Positions 53,601-63,069 are shown, counted from the first letter of the stretch. The stretch: DNA of 64,000 nt from Octopus sinensis (GCF_006345805.1 NC_043000.1:71920001-71984000), one strand, 5' to 3'. Numbers and translations are program-made. The notes: generated by a model not told the origin, from the sequence alone.

Positions 53601-56508
53601 GCCTGACAAGCATCAACTGGATTTTACAAATGTACCAGGGTGGGCATGAACAAAAAGCATCGGAACATCTAGGTCATATCTAGTTAGAATATTCTGTAGG
53701 TCAATAGACAGGGATAGCATAGGTTGTACACTTTGTAAAATCAACGACTACACAGACCACAAATTTGTGATCTGTACGATCGACCTTGATATACTTCATA
53801 GGCAGGAACCCGGTTCGTGGAAGCTGAACGCGTCGCTTCCAGATTACTAAACTTGTTAGGTGTATGTTAACGGGGTCAATCATCAACAATAAATGGCAAT
53901 TCATCCTGAAAAGGGCAATTAGAGTAGAATCTATTAGGCTTAGTAAAGTCGCAGCCATAGAGAAAAACAGAATAGAGGTAAATTAGAAACTTGTCAGAGG
54001 CTCTTAGAAAAGGTATCGCAACCGACGTGCACGCGGCGATATCGGCCCTCATCTAATTCTTCAGCATGAAACATATAGGATGCATGAGAGGACGAAAAGC
54101 AGCTCATGGAGCCGAGTGAAAGAAGTACTACAAGACTGCAAAACCACAATTTGATATTTGGAGGGCCATAATGAGTGCGTGTTCCTCGACACTAAACAGA
54201 TGAATGCGATTTTTGCAGCAGCATTTCGCGCGACTGTTTGGCAAGAGAGGCGGAGTGTTGCAAAAAGCCGATAACATCATTAGAGATACCTTCCATAGCT
54301 GGCAGCAGAAAAGGAGGATTCCTAATTCTGTGAGTCGGGAAGTGTTGGCACTATCAAGAATGGCTCCGATCAAGGGAAATCACACTGATAATTTTCGACC
54401 CGTAACTCTGCTAATCGCAGATTTTAAAGGTTTGTCCATGGTGTTAGCAAAGAGGATCTGATTGGTGATGTGCAAACATGCGCCATCCCAAGCAGATATA
54501 TCTACGACAATCTCTACCTTATGCGATGGCATGGGTAATGGTTTAATCAACTGACACCAATCAAAAGCTTCTATAGGGTCGACCACCAATATTTGGCGGC
54601 CTGTTTCGGTCCCGCATTCTACGGTTGGATTGCTGTAATGTACAACATCTGCTCGGGGGTTCGGGTGAATGGCACCCAATCGGAACCATACAGCATCATA
54701 CAGTCGGTCCATCCAGGTTATCTTCTCTCGCCTCTTCCGTATGTACTGACTCTAAAACCACTGTTCCAAAACTGCAGACATTGAGGAGCATTCCGCACGA
54801 AATAGGTCGTGGAAGAACCGTGTCGGCAACGCAGACGACGTTACCATCATAGTATCGGACACCAGATACATAGATCTGATCGGTCCTGCTCTAAAAGAAT
54901 ACCATGCATTGACAGGAACAAAAATCAACCAAAAAAGTCAGTGGGCTTGTAGCTCGGCATCTGGGGTACAAGTTCATGCCGTCCAATAGCGTCGTAGGAC
55001 GCTGAATAGACGGACCGGTTAAATTGCTCGAGACCTCCAAGTGGAGAAGAACTAGGACGAGATGACGAGCAGGGTAGCCAAACTCACCCTGAAATGGGTC
55101 AAGAGAAAGCTTACCTTGAAAAGTTGGGCAAGGTGGTGAATGCACACATCGCCTCCGTCCCGCCTATTTCCTGACCATTGTGCTCCGCCCCGCTTCACGT
55201 CTGACCAGATTGGAGCGCCTATTTTCCCACTTCCTTTTGACAGGATACGTTCCACTGATCAGGCGCTCCATTTGTTATCAACACCCACTAAGTGGAGGAC
55301 TGGGGATGACATAGCTGTTGGTGCACACAGACATGCTCTATGGCTGCAACATCTCCAGCGCTTCCTTGTCGGTGAACAACTATAGTCGCCGTTTGTCAGA
55401 CAACTTGCCTCGTTCCGTGTTTAAATAGCACCAGTTTAATTTGTCTTTCATCCTGATAATTCGGTTAAATAAGTATTAATCAAGTACGGTATTGGAATAA
55501 ATCGACAAGATTTATATTTTGCAACATTTATTTAAGCATATAGCAAAATCAGGATTGCGTCGAACCTTTGGTTTTACACACTTATTTCAAATTTCATTGC
55601 GGTCGGCTTTGTGTTTCTACCTTCAGGAGTCTATAAAATAATTACTAGTCAAGTACTACATCACTTCATCAACATTTCTGGCTTTGCGTGTATGCTAAAA
55701 ACCATTATTATTGTCTTGACGATACTTTTGCAGATATTAAGTTCAAATTTTAGCACAAGGCCAGCAATTTCGACGGAGGGGCTAAGTCAATCAAATCGAC
55801 ACCAATGCTCAACTGGTGCTTATTTCATCGATCCCGAAAGAGATGAAAGACAGTCAATCTTGGCAGAATTTGGACTCAGGAAGTACAAGCGGACGAAATG
55901 TCACTTATCATTTTGCCTGGCGTGCTCACTATCCCGACAACTCGCCGCCTTTCGTCTGCAGATATTGAATAGTTTTTGTAAACTTTTACACAGTTCTATC
56001 CCTTCTAAGTTTTCTTAGTTTTTTTTTGTAATGTTTGTACAAAAACTTAGTATACAAAAAAAAAAAACGAAACAAAAAGAAACTTACTTTTTTCTTTAAT
56101 GCAGTATGTTGTTCCCTGGAAAATGAAAAAAACAAACAAAAAAAAACGTAAGCATTTATTAAAATTTTAATTTATTCTCATTTAGAAAAGTAAAATTTCA
56201 AATTACAGGTATAGAGAACATCTAAATGTACTTTATACACATAAATGCTTAAAATAATAACTTCATGGGTAGATTCAAGTAATATTAATAGTATATTAAA
56301 GGTGCTTAGTCAATCATTAAGTGAGATAAAATTTGAAAATGATATCCTACAATATTATTCCCCAACCATTGAAAAGCTCTGACAATATTTACTCCATCAA
56401 AACCAGGAAGTAATAACTTGTATAACAACTTTCCTACTTCATTTGTTTGGGCAGTCGGAAATGTAAAATTCACAACTCTGCCAGTGCGCAACCTTAATGA
56501 TGATGATG

Positions 56509-56539
<31 letters not shown>

Positions 56540-56549
56540 TGATGATAAT

Positions 56550-56619
<70 letters not shown>

Positions 56620-56691
56620 TTGATGATGATGATGACGATGACGACGACGACGACAATGATGATGATAATAATAATAATGATGATGATGATG

Positions 56692-56725
<34 letters not shown>

Positions 56726-59700
56726 CAAATATTTAGGGATAAATGAAGGCTCTGGTATTCAGCATGCAAGCATGAAAGAGAAGATCAGGAAGGAATGTTA
56801 TAGGAGAGTTCGTGCAGTCCTGAAATCTGAACTAAATGCACGTAACAAGGTGTTAGCTATAAATTCCTTAGCAGTTCCAGTTGTTACTTATAGCTACAAT
56901 GTGTTGAACTGGAATATGAGTGAAGTAAAGACTATAGATAGGAAAATACGCAAGCTGCTGAGTTGTAATAGGATGCACCACCCAAAGGCAGACGTAGATC
57001 GCCTTTACCTTCCCAGAGCCCAAGGAGGTCGAGGCCTGATCCAATTTGAACTAGCTTACAAAACAACCACAATTGGACTGGCCAAATATCTCGAAATATC
57101 GAATGACTGGATGCTAAAGCTCGTGGAAAATCACGAGAGACGAAAGAAGCTTCATTCTATCATAAAGGAAAGCAAAAAATGTGCTATTGATCTCGTGCAG
57201 GATACCCAAACAGAACAACCCGAGGGAAGTACGGCAATTATTGTTGCAAAGAAGGTGAAAATAATGGCAACGAAAAAAGCGCACGAGCAATTGGCTGATA
57301 GGTGGGAGGAGAAACCTCTGCACGGCAAATATGTGGCCCGCAGCAAACAAGCTGATGTTGACCAGAAGCAAACCCATCAGTGGCTACGGAGCTCAGGGCT
57401 AAAAGCAGAGAGCGAAGGTTTCATCCTGGCTGCTCAAGATCAAAGCCTATTAACCCTGAACTACCAGGCCAATGTGATGAAAAATGGAGCAGACCCAAAA
57501 TGCCGATTCTGCAACGACATGATTGAAACAGTGGACCACCTAATCTCTGGATGTAAAGTCTTAGCTCCAGTGGAGTATAAATTAAGACATGACAGAGTTG
57601 GCCAATATCTACACTGGCTAATAAGTCGGCATTACAATATCAAAACTGCCGACAAGTGGTATAATCACCACCCTGAGGCTGTAACTGAAGGAGAAAATGT
57701 AACGATTCTGTGGGACTTTCCAGTACATACAGACCGAACCATCAAGGCCAATAAACCAGGTATTGTTGTGAAAGACCAAAACAATAAAGTTTGCTTATTG
57801 ATCGACATGAGCATCCCCTGTGATCATAATATCTCAGCGAAAGAGTTTGACAAGCTCAGAAAATATAAAGACCTACTCATTGAAATTGAGAAAATGTGGC
57901 ATCTCAAGGCGATTACAATACCAGTGATCGTAGGAGCACTAGGAATGATCAAGAAGGGAACCGAAAATTATATGAGAATGATCCCTGGCTTACCATCCCT
58001 GCAAGAAGTGCAAAATATTGTCTTAACTGGTACATCACACGTATTGAGAAGAGCATTGTCGATGTGAGAACTGTTGCTGCTCATGTATTTTAATTTAACT
58101 TAAAAAAAAAAAAAAAAAAAATGAACGAACTATTGAGTTTGGTTTAATGGCCTACCAATGTATACTATGAGTTTCTTTGCCCTAGGAGTCGGGAAGACAC
58201 TCGGCAAGAAATGGAAGCAAATTTGAAAGAAGAAAAAAAAAAGTAATAATAATAATAATAATAATAATGTCCCTGATGATGATGGGTACAAGTACCTTGG
58301 AATCCTAGAGCTGGACAATATCTTGCACAAAGAAATGAAAGACAATGTCATCACTGCATATTTCAAGCGCCTCAAACTTCTCTTGAAATCAAAGCTCAAC
58401 TAAAGGAACCTTATGTCTGCCATCAACATATGGGTTGTTGCTGTAGTCTGCTATAGTGCACCCATCCTGGAATTACACCGTGAAACCCAAAAATTAAAAG
58501 ACCGAGAAGCATCATGGAGGTGGCTCAAATAGCTGTTCGACATAAACCCATAGTTCAGCAATACTCGGACACTGGACGAAAGCGTGCAGAACGGTTTCGT
58601 CGTCCTGGCAGCACCTCGGGCAGGCCCGGCTGACGGCACTTCCGTGCCGGTAGAGTTTATCCCGAACAGGCAGAGCCCCTCGGTAACACTGCTAGGCGAG
58701 GGATCTCTGGAAATTATCCATTGGCCCCGGCCCGAAAGTCCTTCCGAACAGACTGCTCAGCTCGTTATCGTCAACGCCTAGAGTTTCCCGAGAACGTCGT
58801 CGCACTTTTCTTCCACTAACCCTCTAGAGTGGAACTACTACCGATCGCATTGCCCGCTTGGCAGAGGGCAGAGAGAGCTTGATGGCACTCGAGGTGCCAA
58901 GCGCCCTTTCTCGGTCTACGTTTGACCCAGGTCTGCAGCTCTGACAAAAGACGACCACACCTGTTCACCGTCTAGGAAACGCTTGAGATACCGTAGCCTG
59001 AGCGCATGTATGCGCATCAGTAACCACGACATGCCAAGGCCTCCGTTCAGCGGTCGTTGACAGCAGATGGATCGCCTGACCAGTGGCAACTGACCCTTCC
59101 ACAAAAAGTTGAAGAGCAGGCGTACCAGCTTGGCCAACCAGCGGTCGGGACAAGGGACGACGGTCAAGCGGTAATAGATGACGGATGCGATGTACGCATT
59201 CGCCACCTCCGCTCTACCTTTCAGGGACAGCTTCCTCTCGGCCCATTTCTGGGTGAGATTGGCCACCCTGCTCGTCACTTCTTCCCAGTTTTTATCTACA
59301 TGGAGGTCCGGACCGAACCAGATCCCTAGCAGTTTAACGGGTCCGTGTGTCCAGCGCCCTACGACGCTGTTGGACGGCATGGACTTGCCTCTCCAGGTGC
59401 CCAATTGCAAGCCCACGGACTTTTCCGCGTTAATTTTTGCCCCTGTCACCGCTTCGTACTCGTTCAGCGTCTCGCCAATCAGGCCAATGTGCCTGTGGCT
59501 CGACACCATCACGGTGACGTCGTCGGCATAGGCAGACACGCTGTTTCCACCTCCTAGATCGCACGGGATACCCCTCAAAGCCTCCAACTTGCGCAATAAT
59601 GGCTCGAAAGTCAATACCTACAAGAGGGAGGAGAGGGCGTCCTTGGCGGACCGAACGCGAGATGTCAAACGGCTCTGAAAGGTAACCGTTCACCCGTATT

Positions 59701-60378
59701 ACCGAGCAGATGTTGCTGTATAAAGCAGTGATCCACCCGCGGAAGACTGGACCGAAACCGCCTGCTTTGAGAACAGCTACCAGGTACCCATCCTCTCTAT
59801 GATGTAGTGCATGAGATGGAGATTATCGTGTATCGACCTGGTCGGCACGGCGTATGTCTGCGCCTTGCCAATCAGCTTGTCCATGACAAGCGCCAATCTC
59901 TTGGCTAAAACCTTGGCCAAAATCTTCAACTCTGCATTGAGCAGAGTGATGGGCCGAAAGTTCCATATAATGTCCCCCTTGTTTGGTTCCTTTCTCAGCA
60001 AAGGCACCACTCCTCAACAAACAAAAGCAGGAATTCTCCCGTTCAGTTGAGCATGCCCCTTGGAAGAAGACAATATGCGCATCTTTGATCATGAGCAGAA
60101 TTAGCAGGGAGCATCATAGCCATGTGTTGAAAGGAATTCTTTGGGGTTTGAATAATTCATCTCTAGAAACATGGGTGTTTCGTTCCTCATCCTTAAAATA
60201 ACCCTGATTCAGGGACCTTTTAAGCAGGAGGGCTACTCGACCAGAAGAAAATTCTCACTGACTTCGTATATTTGTACCCCAGAGTCACTTTGATGGCATG
60301 CACTGCTGTCTCAATCAGTAATAATAATAATAATAATAATAACTACTACTACTACTACTATACTACTACTACTACTAC

Positions 60379-60423
<45 letters not shown>

Positions 60424-62183
60424 TTTCAATATTAACCACTAAGCATCTAGAATGGTACAGGACGATACAATGTGTGATTACATAAAAAAACATGTAAAAA
60501 GGAAAATGACAGAAAAATTCAAACTCGTTGGTATACTTGGGTCAGACTAATTATGGAAATCCTTCGAAATCACATTCAGCATGACCGCACCTCCAAAACA
60601 AGTACCCACACCTAGTTGTCCTCTTCTTTTATACAGGTGCATGCTCAGTGCATGCCAGTTCACCCGGACTGTGTTCGCCACTCGCATCAAGCTTTCATCT
60701 ATAATAATAGTTTATAATTCAGGCATATAGCTAGTAATTTTAGTAGATGGAGATTAGTCAACGACATCGATCCCAATAATTGACTGGTACTTTATTTTAT
60801 CGAAAAGCAAAAGTTGACCGTGGTAAGATTTGAACTCAGGATGTAAAGAAGCAGAACAGATACCGGGAAATTTTTAACGACGCTCTAACAATTCTGCCAA
60901 ATCACCGCTCTAATAATAATAATGATGCTTTCTACTATAGGCACAAGGCCTGAAATTTTGGAGAGGGAATAGTCGATTACATCGACTCCTGTGCGTAACT
61001 GGTACTTATTTTAACGACCCCGAAAGGATGAAAGGAAAAGTGGGCCATGACGGAATTTGAAATCAGAACGTAATGAGCTGCCAAGCATTTTACCCAATTC
61101 GCCAATGTTTTTGCTAGTTGGCCACAAAGTCACAAATTTGAAGGTTGGTGTTAATAAATTAAAGAAAGGTAAAGTTGACCTCAGAAAGCACACACACGTG
61201 CGCGCATGCAAGCGCACACACATGCACACACCCATGCACGTACGCACGCACGTGTACACACACACATACATGCACGCATACATACATACATACATACATA
61301 CATACATACATACATACATACATACATACATACACACACACGCACGCACACACACATTCACACACGCACACACAACTATATATATATATATAAAAAATTC
61401 TTTATTGCCCACAAGGGGCTAAACATAGAGGGGACAAACAAGGACAGATAAAGGGACTAAATCGATTACATCGACCCTAGTGCGTAACTGGTACTTATTT
61501 AATCGGCGGAATTTGAGATCAGAACGTAACGGCAGAAGAAATACCTATTTCTTTACTACCCACAAGGGGCTAAACACAGAGGAGACAAACAAAGACAAAC
61601 AGACGGATTAAGTCGATTATATCGACCCCAGTGCATAACTGGTACTTAATTTATCGACCCCGAAAGGATGAAAGGCAAAGTCGACCTCGGCGGAATTTGA
61701 ACTCAGAACGTAGCGGCAGACGAAATACCTATTTCTTTACTACCAACAAGGGCCTAAACACAGAGAGGACAGACAAGGACAGACAAACGGATTAAGTCGA
61801 TTATATGGACCCCAGTGCGTAACTGGTACTTTTTTAATCGACCTCGAAAGGATGAAAGGAAAAGTGGACCTCGGCGGAATTTGAACTCAGAACGTAGCGG
61901 CAGACGAAAAACCGCTAAGCATTTCGCCCGACGTGCTAACGTTTCTACCAGCTCACCGGCTTCAAAATACAACTATATATATGCAGCCTCTAGACGCAGT
62001 CACGGTTGTGAATTTGGGAAGTTCCCTTTATACTTATATGGTTCCTGGATCGATCTCACTTTGATGTTTTCGAGCATAGTTCTGTTGACTTATGTCGTAT
62101 GTTATGCATATATATGTTATGTATATTATGTATGAATATTATGTGTATGTACATGTGTGGTGTGTGTGTGTGTGTGTGTGTGT

Positions 62184-62214
<31 letters not shown>

Positions 62215-62538
62215 TGTGTGTGTGTAAGGTCAATAATTATTAAAAAAGATAACAAAAAGAACAGAAGTTTGACGAATACGGTATTATATTGACGCTTCGA
62301 AATTTAAAATGAATGTGGAGAATCTTAGCGTTTCGGACGTCCTACTTCAGAAAAGAAAAATATATAGAGAAAACAAAGAGAGGAAATATGTGTATAAATA
62401 TATTCCTCAGATGCAGGGATAGAGAAAACTATAACCCCCTCTTCAGCTTTCTCTGAAGACTTTGCGGTCATCAGGACGACTCACCCAAAATGAAATTGAC
62501 AGGACAATTGCCAACTTTGTCTCCGCGAAAGACTGCAT
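9384..62538 (-). CDS. Spliced gene for a secreted VWA - Thr-rich mucin stalk - degenerate VWA protein (matrilin/collagen VI-like VWA family), 5 coding exons, 518 aa as assembled
   Basis: Exon lengths 54+28+564+324+587=1557 nt give an open frame from ATG 62538 to TAA 9384. All four introns are GT-AG with compatible phases (0,1,1,1). Additional exons in the 33.8-kb intron cannot be excluded. Confidence 0.72.
11060..11400 (-). mobile_element. LINE apurinic-endonuclease (APE) fragment
   Basis: [11 protein letters not shown] followed by a frameshifted KIIALGDFN. Confidence 0.7.
12258..12581 (-). CDS. Exon 4: Thr/Pro/Ser-rich mucin-like linker
   Basis: [21 protein letters not shown]...[14 protein letters not shown]. 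Acceptor aattcag|, donor |gtaagt, 324 nt, phase 1-1. Confidence 0.88.
13091..13331. repeat. (CT)n/(AT)n microsatellite
   Basis: Direct reading. Confidence 0.95.
13375..14690 (+). mobile_element. Penelope-like element relic (RT thumb, linker, GIY-YIG)
   Basis: [59 protein letters not shown]...LYIG...[12 protein letters not shown]. Confidence 0.85.
15085..15810. repeat. (AT)n/(AC)n microsatellite tracts
   Basis: Direct reading; source of spurious YI-repeat ORFs. Confidence 0.95.
16011..16110 (-). ncRNA. Type I hammerhead ribozyme motif (left arm)
   Basis: Mirror copy: CTGAAGA at 16099-16093, GAAAC-ATGT-GTA with self-complementary CAUGUG stem III; predicted cleavage after 16026. Confidence 0.8.
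16338..17054 (+). CDS. Ser/Asn-rich N-terminus fused to a Penelope-type GIY-YIG endonuclease domain (C-terminal CxLC part not seen)
   Basis: NAVYQCKV...[22 protein letters not shown]...[12 protein letters not shown]...[14 protein letters not shown] in an uninterrupted frame; first ATG at 16338. Confidence 0.6.
   Translation: MRASTVTDNLSSNQGLYTRRIDINKGDVINDNNGSSEVSATRLIRVESLNSNSSIDSGNSRNTDTSNYSTLSDSEESGVIPLVNSDLVENKVVSGCTSRNQYSNSNAVLISETNPNRIRFMSGNSKIRNAVYQCKVYTDSDVYSYVGVSSSKLALRISNHYATFRDVNKHQATGLSKLIWRLKNTSSSYRLEWSILSVALPFVSLSFSIYCSPETECKRTFAVGFSMPPLAAFYLSCL
17626..17725 (+). ncRNA. Type I hammerhead ribozyme motif (right arm)
   Basis: CTGAAGA 17637-17643; stem II gaaagacacaat/attgtggctttc (11/12 pairs); GAAAC 17699-17703; GTA 17708-17710; stem I ttc/gaa and tatt/aata. 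Confidence 0.78.
17776..18950. repeat. Long compound (AT)n/(GT)n/(AC)n low-complexity tract
   Basis: Direct reading. Confidence 0.95.
20375..20715 (-). mobile_element. mariner transposase N-terminal fragment
   Basis: [17 protein letters not shown]...[11 protein letters not shown]...[14 protein letters not shown]. Confidence 0.85.
21419..22441. repeat. About 160-bp direct repeats (21419-21577 and 22282-22441), period 863 bp
   Basis: gtaacaaaatggcttttcc...ttattacactat occurs twice with about 3 mismatches. Confidence 0.85.
22440..22790. repeat. (AT)n/(ACAT)n microsatellites
   Basis: Direct reading. Confidence 0.95.
23598..23702. repeat. (GA)n microsatellite
   Basis: Direct reading. Confidence 0.95.
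24702..24812 (+). ncRNA. Fold-back hairpin (about 35-bp arms) containing a decayed hammerhead core
   Basis: Arms 24702-24736 and 24777-24812. Inside: aactgt-CGGACGA-agtctaaggt-GAAACTCTGAGTA-acagtt. Confidence 0.55.
24830..25455 (+). mobile_element. Penelope-like (Poseidon/Neptune-type) relic
   Basis: [51 protein letters not shown] across frameshifts. Confidence 0.75.
25704..25977 (+). mobile_element. 274-bp element with 36-bp terminal inverted repeats enclosing a minimal hammerhead motif
   Basis: TIRs 25704-25739 and 25942-25977 (1 mismatch). ctgca-TTGATAA-aggg/ccct-GAAAC-AT-GTC-tgcag at 25766-25806. Confidence 0.7.
26080..26560 (-). mobile_element. Probable Penelope pLTR remnant with decayed hammerhead, abutting (TA)n
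   Basis: Minus strand CTGATGA (26390-26384), stem gcatcatta/taatgaagc, GAAAC (26319-26315). End resembles the sequence after (TA)n near 22458. Confidence 0.4.
27934..28971 (+). CDS. CR1-like ORF1 (345 aa)
   Basis: Low-complexity basic N-terminus, then [10 protein letters not shown]...RPRPIRVIF typical of LINE ORF1 RRM-like regions. Confidence 0.8.
   Translation: MKPDHDKRSPVDAGSPLISSLETSKPKGTKSKRPKKAKEPAVVPAHDRSCADSSSSAFSVPEVPQPSSRSVDSNPPEDRCSPQKKKRSQNSRGADLAMKPDHDKICLDSPSLVLPINAIAQPILNDIDVGSSGEWCSPKPKKRQCSSKPGGKIMTTKSIPIDPTGRHKSDGYETTLSKSSNEESNTAAHSRELFAHSRSAIIYGKAESTCDTGINRLKDDINFVSVLVGKLFSVNENVSVLKVARLGRFQANPTADTRPRPIRVIFSSDREASVFLNRAQTHAWEDPNMGFREEYSLREKIRRRNLISGLKMRKQMGEKGLRIQDGQIIKSYLWSHAVVLTGKVM
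28968..31828 (+). pseudogene. CR1-like ORF2 (APE + RT) with one frameshift and one stop
   Basis: [41 protein letters not shown]; [28 protein letters not shown]. 1-nt loss in the A-run 30125-30129; TGA at 30452-30454. Confidence 0.93.
32670..34950 (+). mobile_element. Tx1/L1-like RT relics (rearranged, multiply frameshifted)
   Basis: [59 protein letters not shown]. Confidence 0.8.
35198..35290. repeat. (ATGT)n microsatellite
   Basis: Direct reading. Confidence 0.95.
35490..35760 (+). mobile_element. Possible Helitron-like 5' fragment
   Basis: A|TCtcttattataaaaggcag start resembles the 27042 start; no 3' hairpin/CTAG-T found. Confidence 0.35.
36143..36730 (+). mobile_element. mariner element 5' part (TIR + transposase N-terminus), truncated
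   Basis: [20 protein letters not shown]...[11 protein letters not shown]...WVPHKL; left end shared with the 48915 copy. Confidence 0.85.
36750..37385 (+). mobile_element. Non-autonomous Helitron-like element
   Basis: A|TC start, internal imperfect tandem repeats, 3' cccgagcaacgccggg hairpin, CTAG (37382-37385) then T. Confidence 0.8.
37470..38687 (+). mobile_element. Tc1/mariner-superfamily element (maT/DD37D-like), decayed
   Basis: TA|cagggtgcg...cgcaccctg termini; [35 protein letters not shown] remnants. Confidence 0.78.
38483..38662 (-). mobile_element. tRNA-derived SINE inserted near the right end of the maT-like element
   Basis: Reverse complement matches the 8400-8627 core. Confidence 0.85.
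39400..39970. repeat. (CCGT)n and (ATCT)n microsatellites with a duplicated CT-rich spacer
   Basis: Spacer near 39660-39740 recurs near 39800-39890. Confidence 0.9.
40515..40601 (-). pseudogene. Decayed partial duplicate of VWA exon 3
   Basis: 40601-40547 matches 46774-46720 at 47/55 nt. Translates [18 protein letters not shown] vs [18 protein letters not shown]. Confidence 0.75.
41280..42180 (+). mobile_element. Penelope-like relic
   Basis: [36 protein letters not shown] plus a decayed GIY-YIG-like region. Confidence 0.7.
43843..45270. mobile_element. Tc1-like fragments forming a palindrome: arms 43924-44526 (-) and 44668-45270 (+), 141-bp spacer; terminus TA|ctgtcttggtc at 43843
   Basis: [12 protein letters not shown]...[14 protein letters not shown] on both strands; arms are near-identical reverse complements. 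Confidence 0.92.
45345..45990 (+). mobile_element. CR1/L2-like LINE 3' fragment with (TACA)n tail
   Basis: [15 protein letters not shown]...[17 protein letters not shown]; followed by (TACA)n at about 45995-46045. Confidence 0.9.
46351..46914 (-). CDS. Exon 3: canonical VWA domain with MIDAS
   Basis: [18 protein letters not shown]...RVGIITFSD...TNTAAAL...VITDGLS...VYAIGVG...QPCK. Acceptor ttccag|, donor |gtcagt, 564 nt, phase 1-1. Confidence 0.95.
47720..48800 (+). mobile_element. Tx1/L1-like APE-region relic
   Basis: VDHSDHKFV motif; same family as the TDHKFV-like remnant near 53755. Confidence 0.65.
48915..49755 (+). mobile_element. mariner element (transposase decayed, 3' truncated)
   Basis: [33 protein letters not shown]...YCEQLERL. 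Confidence 0.88.
50280..51170 (+). mobile_element. Tc1-like transposase fragment with intron-like insertion
   Basis: STRTVRRRL...ARKKPW...WCDERNYE / VFGTSG...PTVKH...IMLWACMS...FQQDNAPCH...[11 protein letters not shown]. Confidence 0.9.
51170..55400 (+). mobile_element. Cluster of heavily decayed Tx1/L1-like sequence (ORF1 remnant, APE and RT)
   Basis: [49 protein letters not shown]-like remnants. Confidence 0.75.
55752..55935 (-). mobile_element. Diverged tRNA-derived SINE
   Basis: Reverse complement resembles the 8400-8627 core. Confidence 0.7.
56088..56115 (-). CDS. Putative 28-nt micro-exon 2 (GTTYCIKEK + 1 nt)
   Basis: Acceptor ttttttcattttccag| and donor |gtaagt. Phase 0 to 1 bridges exon 1 and exon 3 and completes a signal-peptide-like sequence. 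Confidence 0.65.
56496..56720. repeat. Mixed (AAT)/(GAT)/(GAC) trinucleotide tract
   Basis: Direct reading. Confidence 0.95.
56721..58243 (+). mobile_element. 5'-truncated R4/Dong-like retrotransposon (RT C-terminus, CCHC finger, RLE domain, 3' UTR), flanked by TAA repeats
   Basis: Open frame 56721-58067: [38 protein letters not shown]...IDMSIP, KLRKY. Confidence 0.92.
58269..58475 (+). mobile_element. Second R4/Dong-like fragment from a different family
   Basis: [24 protein letters not shown]...[13 protein letters not shown] directly after (AAT)n. Confidence 0.75.
58530..60020 (-). mobile_element. Tx1/L1-like RT fragment with internal deletion
   Basis: [55 protein letters not shown]. Confidence 0.88.
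60318..60420. repeat. (TAA)n/(TAC)n microsatellite
   Basis: Direct reading. Confidence 0.95.
60720..61125 (-). mobile_element. Two diverged tRNA-derived SINE copies
   Basis: ctggtact...aaagttgac/gtgggcc...gaatttgaa core appears twice. Confidence 0.7.
61400..61960 (-). mobile_element. Head-to-tail SINE trimer
   Basis: Units about 61400-61545, 61546-61729 and 61730-61960 with junction gaaataggtatttc. Confidence 0.88.
62485..62538 (-). CDS. Putative coding exon 1 (signal peptide start [18 protein letters not shown])
   Basis: ATG with A at -3, hydrophobic stretch, strong donor TGG|GTGAGT, phase 0 matching exon 2. Confidence 0.6.
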
Positions 62539-63026
62539 ATTCTGCAACAAGCTGCTGTGGCTAGCAACAAGAATAATGATCTACCTTATTGTTTCCATCA
62601 GAGGTATACCCTACTGATGAACTGCAAGCGACTGGCTGCCGATAATCCGGATAGACTTGATATACCCTAACCTAGCCTCTTATCTCCCACTATTCCATTC
62701 GTTTTGTCTTCCTCTTTATCTCTTGCTATCTATTTAAAAATATAATTTAGCATTAATTGTTTTATTAATTGTTTTATGACTCATATACAAGGAAAATCTG
62801 GTTATACCTAGATATGCTTTCACTCTCTTATTTATTGCCAAACGGAAAGGGTCAACACTCATCCAACATCTTGGAACATTTTCCCGAACCAAATTTTAAA
62901 TTTTAAATTCACCCGAGGAAAATGGTTTTTCTCACGATATGATCGAATTATTCACCAATAAAAGACGCATCTGAAACAGCTGTAGTGAAGCTGTCATTCT
63001 TTCTTTCTTTCTTTTGTTTCTTTTTT

Positions 63027-63069
<43 letters not shown>

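Noticed and set aside
56418-56720. Poly-Asn/Asp N-terminus of the 549-aa ORF as a host gene
   Set aside because: It is a trinucleotide microsatellite that happens to be in frame with a truncated R4-like element.
62320-62360. Minus-strand ctgaagtaggacgtccgaaacgcta
   Set aside because: The core is mutated and stem II has no loop; at best a very decayed remnant.
62700-62960. Possible Penelope linker remnant on the minus strand
   Set aside because: Similarity is too weak and broken by stops to support a call.
62614-62984. CTGATGA and a distant GAAACAGCTGTA as one hammerhead
   Set aside because: About 350 nt apart with no stem I and a poor stem II.
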